Below are positions 43,105-51,800 of a stretch of DNA of 64,000 nt, piece after piece. The stretch's first letter is position 1. Each line of letters begins with the position of its first letter. Both the position numbers and the translations under genes were made by a program. Origin of the DNA: Pseudomonadota bacterium. Lineage in GTDB: Bacteria; Pseudomonadota; Alphaproteobacteria; Sphingomonadales; CAKZYD01. The stretch lies in assembly GCA_049324415.1 (NCBI GenBank), contig JBMOOS010000012.1, positions 16,851 to 80,850 of the forward strand. The letters run 5' to 3'. The notes beneath the pieces were generated by a model. It saw nothing but the letters and a program-made list of their open reading frames with translations, did no database searches and was not told where the DNA came from.

Positions 43105-43217
43105 GCCCGTGAACGACCTCGGGTCGTGATGAACGGGCCGGACATGAGGGGGCACTTCGTCCGGCGCGGCGCGGCAGCGATGATTTGGGGGCAAGATGCA
43201 GCCAATTCCGCTGCCGC
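43105..43217. other. cluster of three stem-loops (candidate structured RNA or 3' UTR)
   Basis: Nested GCCCGT/ACGGGC plus ACGACC/GGTCGT (43105-43138); CCGGAC/GTCCGG (43138-43164); GCGGCAGCG/CGCTGCCGC 9-bp stem (43171-43217). Confidence 0.35.
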
Positions 43218-43311
43218 GCTTCTTATTGGCGCGGAGCGGTGTTTCCTTTCCCCCAGGACCTCAATCCTCCCATGACTCCTCCCATCACGGCTTTCCGGCG
43301 GCCGCCCTGCC

Positions 43312-46300
43312 TCACTCCCCGGGCTGGGGATGGCGTTTTTCCACCAGCCGGGGATAGCGCGCTTCAAGGGTCTCGATCTCGCCGGCGATGGCTCCCGGCG
43401 AGCGGGTATGGCGGGCCATCAGCCGGTAGAAGACCGGCACCACGAACAAGGTGAGAAGAGTGGCGAAAAGGACGCCGGAGAACACCACGATGCCAAGGAC
43501 GCTGCGCGCTTCCGCTCCGGCGCCGCTGGCCAGCATCAAGGGAATGGCGCCCATGACGGTGGACAGCGCGGTCATCAGAATGGGCCGCAGGCGCTCGACC
43601 GCGGCGGTGACCAGCGCTTCCTCGAAGGCAAGGCCCTTGTCGCGCAGTTGATTGGCGAACTCGACGATGAGAATGCCGTTTTTCGCGGCAAGGCCCACCA
43701 GCATGATGATGCCGATCTTGCTGTAGATGTTGAGGCTTTGCCCGCCAAGCCAGAGGGCGGCGAGCGCCGCGGCGATGGCCAGGGGCACGGTCAGCATGAT
43801 GACAAGGGGGTGGATGAAGCTTTCGAACTGGGCGGCCAGCACCAGAAAGACGACCAGGAGCGACAGGCCGAAAGCAAGATAAAGGGCGCTTGAGGACTCG
43901 AGAAGGTCGCGGGCCTCGCCCTTGAAGTCGAGCCGCGCCGCCGCCGGCAGAATCGCGCGCGCCGCGTCTTCGGCATAGGCCAGGGCATCGCCAATGGGAT
44001 AGCCCGGCGCCAGGCTGGCGCTGATGGTGACGGCGCGCAGCCGGTTGAAACGAGGCAGGGACGTGGCCCCCGCCATTTCGGTCAGGCTCACCAGGTTGGA
44101 CAAGGGGACAAGCTGGCCCGAGGTCGACGAGCGGACATAGATATTGCTGAGATCGCTGGGGGTCTGACGGTCCTCGCGCTTGGCTTGCAGGATGACGTCA
44201 TATTCCTCGCCGCGGTCGACGAAGGTGGTGGCGCGGCGCGAGCCCAGCATGGTTTCCAGGGTGCGGCCGATGACCTCGACCGAGACCCCGAGGTCGGCGG
44301 CCCGGGTGCGCTCGATCCGCACCCGCATTTGCGGCTTGGTCTCCTGATAATCAGCGTCAAGGCCGAAGATTCGTGGATTGGCTTCCAGCCGCGCCATCAT
44401 CGCGTCGCGCAATTGGCGCAGTTCCTCATAGGTGGCGGCGCCGATCACCACCTGCAGCGGCTGGCGCGCGCGGCCCTGGCCGATGCCGGGGCGGGGCAGC
44501 ACGAAGGCATTGGCCCCGGGCAGGCGGCTGAGGTCGCGGAACACCCTTTGGGTGACTTCATCGACGCGCGCCGCGCGCGCGTCCCAGTCCACCAGGGTGA
44601 CGACGGAAAAACCGCTGTTGGTGTCGTCGCCGCCGCCAAAGCCCGGGGTGATGGAAAGCACCCGGGCGGCGATGCCTTCATCGACAAGGGGCATGAGGCG
44701 CGCTTCGATTTCCCGTTGCCGGGCGCGGGCGTAATCGAAGCTGGCCCCTTCCGGCGCGCTCATCCGCACGAAGAAGGAGCCGCGGTCCTCGCGCGGGGTG
44801 AACTCGTCCGGCACCCGGGTCAACAGCACGGCGATCGAGGCGGTGACGATGAGGGCGGCGATGATGACGGCGTCCGGCCGGTGCAGTGCCGCCTTGAGGA
44901 GGCGGCGGTAGCCTTCCTTGAGGGCGCTAAAGGCGCGGGCGTTGAATTCGCTGATGCGGGTCGACTTGGCTCGCCGTTGCAACAGCTTGGCGCACATCGC
45001 CGGGGAGAGGGACAAGGCGACGACCGAGGAAAAGCCCACCGCCGCGGCAAGCGCCAGGGCGAATTCGGAAAAAAGCCGGCCCACGGTGCCTGGAATAAGG
45101 GCGATGGGCACGAGGACGGCGATCAGCACCAGGGTGGTCGCGACCACCGCAAATCCCACTTGCCGGGCGCCGCGATAGGCGGCGAGGAGGGGGGTCTCGC
45201 CATGTTCCACCCGGCGATAGATGTTCTCCAAGACGACGATGGCGTCATCGACGACGAGGCCGATGGCCAGCACCAGGGCGAGCAGCGTCAGGATATTGAT
45301 GGAAAAGCCAAGGACCGCCAAGGCGATGAAGGAGCCGATGAGGGAGATCGGCACGGTCACCGCCGGCACCAGGGTGGCGCGCATGTCGCCGATGAAAAGA
45401 TAGATGACAAGGATGACGAGGCCGGCAGTAATCAGCAGCGTGCGCACCACCTCGCGCAACGAGGCCTCGATGTAGACCGAATAGTCGGTGTTGACCTCGA
45501 GCCGCATGCCGTCGGGAAGGGTGGGCTGGATGCGGGCGACTTCTGCCTTGACGGCGCGCGCCACGGTGAGCGTGTTGGCCTGGCTTTGCTTGATGACGCC
45601 AAGCCCCGCCGCGGCAAGGCCGTTGGCGCGAAAATCGGTCTTTTCGTTTTCCGCCCCCAGCTCGACGTCGGCGACTTCGCCAAGCCGGGTGAGCGAGCCA
45701 TCGCCGCCGCGGGCGACGACAAGGGCGCGAAAATCATCGACGCTAAGATAGGAGCGGGCGGTGCGCACGGTAAAATCGCGGCTTTCCGATTCCAGCCGGC
45801 CCGCCGGCAATTCGACATTTTCTTGCCTGAGCGCGCGTTCGATGTCATCGACCGTCAGCCCGCGCAAGGCGAGGGCGGCGCGGTCGAGCCAGATGCGCAT
45901 GGCGTAGCGCCGCTCGCCGCCGATGCGCACCCGGCTGACGCCGTTCACCGCCGCCAGGCGATCCACCAGAAAGCGGCGCATATAATCATGCATTTCCAAG
46001 GGCCGCATCGTGTCCGAGGAAACCGTCAGCCATAAAATGGGCTGGGTGTCGGCGTCGGCCTTGGAGATGTCGGGGGCTTCGGCTTCGTCGGGCAGGCGGT
46101 CGATCACCCGGCTGACCCGGTCGCGCACGTCGTTGGCGGCGCCATCGATGTCGCGCTCCAGGGTGAATTCGATGCTGATGGAGGAACGGCCATCGCTGCT
46201 CGTCGATTCGATGGTGCGCACCCCCTCGATGCCGCTGATTTCGTCCTCGATGATGCGGGTGACCTTGCTTTCCACCACGTCCGCCGAGGCGCCGGGGTAG

Positions 46301-46449
46301 GCGGTGGAGACGGAGACCACGGGGGGGTCGATGTCCGGGGCCTCGCGCACCGGCAGGCGGGAGAGGGCGAAAAGGCCGAAGGCGACGAGCAAGGCGCTGA
46401 TGACGGTTGCGAAAACCGGCCTTTTCACCGAAAGGTCGGAGAGGATCAT
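43312..46449 (-). CDS. RND efflux transporter permease (AcrB/HAE1-like)
   Basis: 1045 aa. MILSDLSVKRPVFATVISALLV..., 12-TM architecture, and typical motifs VVDDAIVVLENI and GIIMLVGLAAKNGILIVEFA. Confidence 0.95.
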   Translation of the reverse strand: MILSDLSVKRPVFATVISALLVAFGLFALSRLPVREAPDIDPPVVSVSTAYPGASADVVESKVTRIIEDEISGIEGVRTIESTSSDGRSSISIEFTLERDIDGAANDVRDRVSRVIDRLPDEAEAPDISKADADTQPILWLTVSSDTMRPLEMHDYMRRFLVDRLAAVNGVSRVRIGGERRYAMRIWLDRAALALRGLTVDDIERALRQENVELPAGRLESESRDFTVRTARSYLSVDDFRALVVARGGDGSLTRLGEVADVELGAENEKTDFRANGLAAAGLGVIKQSQANTLTVARAVKAEVARIQPTLPDGMRLEVNTDYSVYIEASLREVVRTLLITAGLVILVIYLFIGDMRATLVPAVTVPISLIGSFIALAVLGFSINILTLLALVLAIGLVVDDAIVVLENIYRRVEHGETPLLAAYRGARQVGFAVVATTLVLIAVLVPIALIPGTVGRLFSEFALALAAAVGFSSVVALSLSPAMCAKLLQRRAKSTRISEFNARAFSALKEGYRRLLKAALHRPDAVIIAALIVTASIAVLLTRVPDEFTPREDRGSFFVRMSAPEGASFDYARARQREIEARLMPLVDEGIAARVLSITPGFGGGDDTNSGFSVVTLVDWDARAARVDEVTQRVFRDLSRLPGANAFVLPRPGIGQGRARQPLQVVIGAATYEELRQLRDAMMARLEANPRIFGLDADYQETKPQMRVRIERTRAADLGVSVEVIGRTLETMLGSRRATTFVDRGEEYDVILQAKREDRQTPSDLSNIYVRSSTSGQLVPLSNLVSLTEMAGATSLPRFNRLRAVTISASLAPGYPIGDALAYAEDAARAILPAAARLDFKGEARDLLESSSALYLAFGLSLLVVFLVLAAQFESFIHPLVIMLTVPLAIAAALAALWLGGQSLNIYSKIGIIMLVGLAAKNGILIVEFANQLRDKGLAFEEALVTAAVERLRPILMTALSTVMGAIPLMLASGAGAEARSVLGIVVFSGVLFATLLTLFVVPVFYRLMARHTRSPGAIAGEIETLEARYPRLVEKRHPQPGE

Positions 46450-47582
46450 GCCGGCCCTCCCTCGGCGGGTTGCGGCGCCACGGTCGGCGCGACGATTTGG
46501 ACCGGCGCGCCGTCGCGCAGGCGCTGCATGCCCTGGACCACCACTTTTTCATCCTCGGCAAGGCCGCTCAGCACTTCCATATAGCCAGCGGTGCGCCCGC
46601 CGATGGCGACGGGGCGCAAGCGGGCGACGCCGTCCTCCACCACATAGACGAATTGCTTGTCCTCAACCGCGACCAGGGCCTCCTCGGGGACGCGGATGGC
46701 GCGCCGCGGGTTTTTCAACAGCTCCACCGTCATCGACATGCCGGGGCGCAGCGCCGAGTCAGGATTGGGCAGGAGGGCGCGCACCTGCACCATGCGGGTC
46801 ACCGGATCGACGCGGGAATCGACGGTCGCCACCTTGCCGTTGAACAAGCGGCCGGGATAGGCGGTGGTGCGCGCTTCGATGGTCTGGCCCGGGGAAAGGG
46901 ATGGCAAAAAAGCCTCAGGGATTTGAAAATCGAGCTTCAGCACGCTCAAATCGTCAAGACTGGTGATTTCAAGGCCGGGATTGACCAGCGCTCCCTTGGA
47001 GACGCGGCGCAAGCCCAGGCGGCCGGCGAAAGGCGCGGTGACCCTGCGCTTGGCGAGCCGGGCGCGGGCGGTCTTGACATCGGCCTCGGCCTTGCGCAGG
47101 GCCGCGGTTTGGACATCGAGCTGGGCCTGGCTCACCGCATTGCGGGCGACAAGCTCGGCGAGGCGCTCGAACTGCTTGCGCTTTTCCGTAAGGTCCGCCT
47201 CGGCGGCGGCAAGGGCCGCCTCCTCCTCCTGCGATTCCAAGGTGACCAGGGTCGCGCCAGTGGCGACTTGTTGGCCGTCGTTGAAATGGACCTGCGCGAC
47301 GACGCCGCTGACCTCGGCAAGGATGGTCACTGATTCGTTGGCGCGCAGGGTGCCCAGGGATTCCAGGCGGTCGACGAACGGCACCCGCTGCGCGCTCGCC
47401 ACCACCACCGGGGCGGCATCGCCCGCGGCCAGGCCATTGTTGTCATCCTCGGCGGGCGACTGCCGGAGGAAATAAACGCCAACCGCCAGGATAGCCGCAA
47501 GGCCAGCATAGGCCGCCATTCTCGCCCAAGACATGCGCCATCGCCTTTTTTTGGAACGAAGCCTTTTTTTGGAACGAACCAC
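46446..47582 (-). CDS. RND efflux periplasmic adaptor (membrane fusion protein)
   Basis: Signal anchor, coiled-coil hairpin (AAAEADLTEKRKQFERLAELV...) and beta-barrel C-terminus. ATGA overlap with the pump gene. Start (GTG 47582 or ATG 47534) uncertain. Confidence 0.9.
   Translation of the reverse strand: MVRSKKRLRSKKRRWRMSWARMAAYAGLAAILAVGVYFLRQSPAEDDNNGLAAGDAAPVVVASAQRVPFVDRLESLGTLRANESVTILAEVSGVVAQVHFNDGQQVATGATLVTLESQEEEAALAAAEADLTEKRKQFERLAELVARNAVSQAQLDVQTAALRKAEADVKTARARLAKRRVTAPFAGRLGLRRVSKGALVNPGLEITSLDDLSVLKLDFQIPEAFLPSLSPGQTIEARTTAYPGRLFNGKVATVDSRVDPVTRMVQVRALLPNPDSALRPGMSMTVELLKNPRRAIRVPEEALVAVEDKQFVYVVEDGVARLRPVAIGGRTAGYMEVLSGLAEDEKVVVQGMQRLRDGAPVQIVAPTVAPQPAEGGPA
47543..47578. 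repeat. perfect 18-bp tandem duplication (GCCTTTTTTTGGAACGAA x2)
   Basis: Read directly. On the coding strand it gives RSKKRL/RSKKRR if the GTG start is used; otherwise it lies in the 5' UTR. Each unit holds an A7/T7 tract. Confidence 0.9.
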
Positions 47583-47629
47583 TTCACCCCGCCGACAAAG
47601 CGACAGGGGTCGTGCTTCCTACCCTAAGG

Positions 47630-47785
47630 CTAACGCATGACAGGAGAAGAAGAAAGCGCCGCGCGTCTCAAAAATCCTACCGTTGGCCGCAGGCCTTGGC
47701 CTTGCAAGGCGGCCCAGGCGTCCTTGATGCCGCGCAACGCCAGAACCGCTAGGAGAATGAAAAGCCCATAGCCAAGGAGGTACAT
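47630..47785 (-). CDS. candidate 51-aa single-TM small protein upstream of the RND operon
   Basis: ATG 47785 is preceded by GAGG. Product MYLLGYGLFILLAVLALRGIKDAWAALQGQGLRPTVGFLRRAALSSSPVMR. Below the ORF-track size cut-off. Confidence 0.3.
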   Translation of the reverse strand: MYLLGYGLFILLAVLALRGIKDAWAALQGQGLRPTVGFLRRAALSSSPVMR

Positions 47786-47884
47786 GGGTCAGCCTCGAAA
47801 GTTCCTGAAATATTCTTATATGTTTCTTATTTGTTCTATTTTGTCAAGGCTCATTTCGATCTGTTGCGCGGCGTTGCCGATGGT

Positions 47885-48853
47885 TCAAGCTTCTTGAGAA
47901 AAATCTTCAATAGACCGCAACATCAGATTGAAATTTTTTGTGTTTTTCTTTCCATCGTAGCGCTTGAATACGGTCTGGAAACCGCGCCGCAGCCGTGTTG
48001 CCTGGATAGTCCTTTGGGCAATCAGGCACTCTATGGCGCGCAAGGCTTCTGGCGCGGCGTCCGGTTTTTCGCCCAGGCGCGCGGCAAAGTCCTGCAAGGC
48101 CGCCCGTTGCACGCAGCAGTCCTGAAAGGCGCCCAATACTTCCTGCAAGGCGCGCAGTTGGCCAAGCTGGGCTTCCATGGTCCCGGGGTCAAACAGCGGC
48201 GCGAAGAATTCCAAGCCATAGCGCAATTCCTTGGCCCGCTTGCGCACATCGTGCACCGCCGCATCGGGGCTCTCGGGGGTGATGGCGCGGCCGCGCCTTA
48301 TCATCCGCCGATGGGCTTTCGCCAGGGCCCTTGTCGCCGCGACATGAAGGGGAACGCCCGCGCGCTGCCCTCCGCCAGTGGTACCAAGGCGGGCGCATAA
48401 ATTTGCAAAACGCTTGGCGGTGAGCATGCGAAGAAGGCGCCGATACGCCGCCTGGCGTTGCTGGACGAGGCGCTGGCGCAAGGCCGCCGGCGCGTCTCCT
48501 GCCGTCTTGTCAAGGTCGGCCAGATGAACATCGAGGTCCCGCGCGAGGCTGCTTTGCCGGCTCGCCCAGCGCAATTCCCGGCGGCAGATGCGGACAAAGA
48601 CGGGCGGCAAATAAGAGCCGAGATGCTTCACCATGGCGCGGGCCCGGCGCATGGCGACGCGCAACTGGTGCAGGGCTTCAACATTGCCGCCTTGGGCTTT
48701 GATGAGGGCGCCATTGGCCGCCATGGCGTTGGCCAGGACGGCAAGATAGCGTCCCAGCAGCGGGGCTATCATCGCCTCGGGGTTTTTCATGGCGCGGGCA
48801 AGGGTCTTGGCGGGCTTGACAGGCCGGCCTTGCGCTTTTCCTGGCGGTGTCAT
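47885..48853 (-). CDS. CHAD-domain protein
   Basis: Repeated CHAD signatures LHQLRVAMRRARAMVKHL and VHDVRKRAKELRYGLEFF. AGGAAAGG RBS lies in the 10-nt gap after the tamB stop. Confidence 0.8.
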   Translation of the reverse strand: MTPPGKAQGRPVKPAKTLARAMKNPEAMIAPLLGRYLAVLANAMAANGALIKAQGGNVEALHQLRVAMRRARAMVKHLGSYLPPVFVRICRRELRWASRQSSLARDLDVHLADLDKTAGDAPAALRQRLVQQRQAAYRRLLRMLTAKRFANLCARLGTTGGGQRAGVPLHVAATRALAKAHRRMIRRGRAITPESPDAAVHDVRKRAKELRYGLEFFAPLFDPGTMEAQLGQLRALQEVLGAFQDCCVQRAALQDFAARLGEKPDAAPEALRAIECLIAQRTIQATRLRRGFQTVFKRYDGKKNTKNFNLMLRSIEDFSQEA

Positions 48854-48863
48854 GGCCTTTCCT

Positions 48864-51800
48864 TCAATAATCGCGCGACCAGCGCAGCGACATGGTGGCG
48901 TCACGCTCGCCGCTAAAGCGGCTGAGGAGGCTCAAGCGGCGGGTGATGCCCCATTCCACGGCGGCGCCGGTCTGGCCGGTCGAAGGGTCGGTGGTGACTT
49001 CCACATAGACATCGTCGGTTAAATATTTGCCGCCGGTGATGGCGGTGGCGCTGGTTCCGGTGCCGACGCTCAACCGGTCAAGCCCAATGCCGCTGCGCGC
49101 CGCGCCGAGGACGTTAAGCCCGCCGCCGCCGCGCAAGGTGGTGAGGGCGCTGGCGAGCTGGACCGCCTCGAGGGCGGAAAGATTGGCGACCGAGTTGCCA
49201 AAGAGGATGCGGGACAAAATCTCGTCGGTGGGGAGGGGCGGGCTCGAGCTCAAGTTGAGTTGCGGCTTTGAGGCGGTGCCGGTGACCGTGATCGTGGCGG
49301 TCAAGCCCTCGCGGCTGTTGCTGGCGAGGATGTCGAGGCGGGGATCGATTCTACGCCCGCCGGTGAAGCTTAAAAGCCCGCGTTCAAGCTCGAACCGCCG
49401 GCCGGCGAAATCAAGGTCGCCGCGCACCAGCCGGGCCTCGCCGGTGATCGCCGCCTGGTTGCTGGGGCCGGTGATTTTAAGGTCGGCGCTCCATTCCGAA
49501 TTGAGGCCGAGGCCGCGCACGAACATGCGCCGCTCGGCGCGCACCGCGACATCAAGCTGGATGGGGAGGGGCGCGCCCTCGGCCTGGCGCGCCGCCATTT
49601 CCTCAGAGACGCCATTGACTTCCTCATAGGCGATGGTGGGGATGCTGGCTGCCTCGCTGTCCTTGAGGGTGATTTCGGCACGCTCAAGATTAAGCTTGCC
49701 GGAGAGGTTGAGCGCGCCCTTGGCGCTGGCGATGTCCACCCCGCCGCTGGCCTTGGCGCGCAGGTCGTCACGGCGCAGGACCCAGAAATCGCGCAATTCA
49801 AGCCTGGCCGCGCCCGGCCATGGGCCCTTTTGCCCAAGCGCCATTTGCGCCGCGCCGCTGATGGTCAGCGTCCCGCCATTGCCGTCGCCGGCGCTGAGGC
49901 GGCGTAATTCCAGCTTTTGACCGTTTATCGCCACATCCGCAGCGATGTCGGTGAAGATAAGGCCCACCTCGAGGTTTTCATAACGCCCTTGGACCAGGCG
50001 AAGCGCGCCTTCAAGGCGCGGCGCGGCGGGGGTGCCGGCAAGGCCAAGATCGCTTTCAAGGGTGCCGCTGATGAGGTGCTGCGGCTCGCCCACCAGCGCC
50101 CACAGGGGGGCAAGGCTGCTGTCCACCTCAAGCCTGCCGTCAAGGGGCGCGTCCGCATCCAATTGGGGCAAAAGCGCATCGGCCGGCCAGTCCATGCGGA
50201 CGCTCGCCGTAAGCCGCGCCACTTGCGCATCGTCAAGATAGGCTTGCGCGCCGCCGGTAAAGGCGTTTCCCGTCAACCTGCCGTCGAGCGCCAGGGCGAG
50301 ACGTTCGTCGGGAAGGTCGGCGCGGGGCAGGATATCCTCGATGCGCAAGGACAAGGCGCCTGCGACAGTCTTTGCCTCGCGCTCAAGGGTGACAAGGCCG
50401 TTTACCCGGCCGCCATGGGTCCAGTCGCCGCCCAGGCCCCGGGCCAGGCCAAGCGGCACGGCTTCCATGCGCAAGGACAGGTCCTGCCTCTCCCCCGCCC
50501 AGGTGAACGCGCCCAGCACGCGGCCCGCGCCAGCACGCAAAGCAAAGGGGGCGAGCGCAAAATCGCCGCCGGTCACCGTCAAGCGCAGCGGCGCCTCGCT
50601 CGCCACCGCCTGGCCGTTGATGGTTCCCTCGATGCCGGCCTTGAGCGTCCAGGCGCCCGTGCCTTGGGGACTGAAGACCAATGCCAGCTCCAGCTCGGCC
50701 GGCGCCGGGGCAAGGGCGGAAAGGCGGACCTGGGCCCTGGTATCGCTTCCCGCCCGGGTGGCGGTCGCGCTCAGCCTATCGATATAATGGCCAGCGATGT
50801 CGATGCCTTGCGCGGTGCCATCCAATGTAAGGCGTGGTCCCGCGCCGCCCCAGCCAAGGCGGCCTTGCATGGTCATCCCATCGACGCGCAAGGGGGTCGC
50901 CGCCTGCCAGCGCAGTTTTTCCGCGCTCATCTCGAAATCGATGCGCTGGCCGTCGGCCAGGGGGGAAAAAACGAGGGTTGCCCGCGCTTTGGCGTCAAGG
51001 CCGAACAACAGGGCCTCGCCAGGCCCCGCCGGAGCAAGGCTGAGGCGGGCCTCGCCGCCAAGCTTGCCCGCCGCGTCAAGGGCAAGCGCGCCCGTCGCTT
51101 GCCAGGGGCCGAAGGCAAGGGCGATGTCCTCGGCGGTCCAGTTGGGGGCGCGGCGCAGGCGCCCCGACGCTTGCAATGCTTGCCCGCTTGCTTCGGCATT
51201 GAGGCGCACGGCGAGGCCTTCGGCCAGGCGGCCGTCAAGGGTGAGGCGCGGTGCCGTGAAGGCGACCTCGGCAAGCTGGGCGCGCGTGCCTTCAAGCCTG
51301 GCCTTAAGATAAAGGGCATCGAGGGGCCCTTCGACCTGCGCGCTCAGGCGCAGCGCCCCCGACAATGGCGCCGGGCGGGCGGCGAACAGCGCCGCTGCGT
51401 CCCCCAGGCGGGTCTCGGCGTTGACCAAAAGCCGCGCCGCTTCATAGCGGCCCTTGGCGCTTGCCTCTATGCCCGCGCCCACCAGCGCCAAGTCGTGAAC
51501 GATGACGGCGGGGCCGTCCAGCGCGCCATCGACCGTCAAGCGCAAGGGTCCCGCGGCAAGGCGCTGCAGGGCGGGGTGCGGGCTGGCAAGGCGCGCCGCG
51601 CCTAGGTCGGCGGCGAAGGCGAGGGGAAGGCCGCGCCCCTGGCGCTGAAGGTTGATGTCGCCGGCAAGCGCCCCATCAAGCAGACTGGCATCGCCGTTCA
51701 GCACGGCAAGGCTGGGAAGGGAAACGGCAAAGCCGCCCTCGAGGCGGCCCGTGCGCAGACCCAGGGTCATCGCCCCCTTGAGCTGGAGCGCCGCCGCGCC

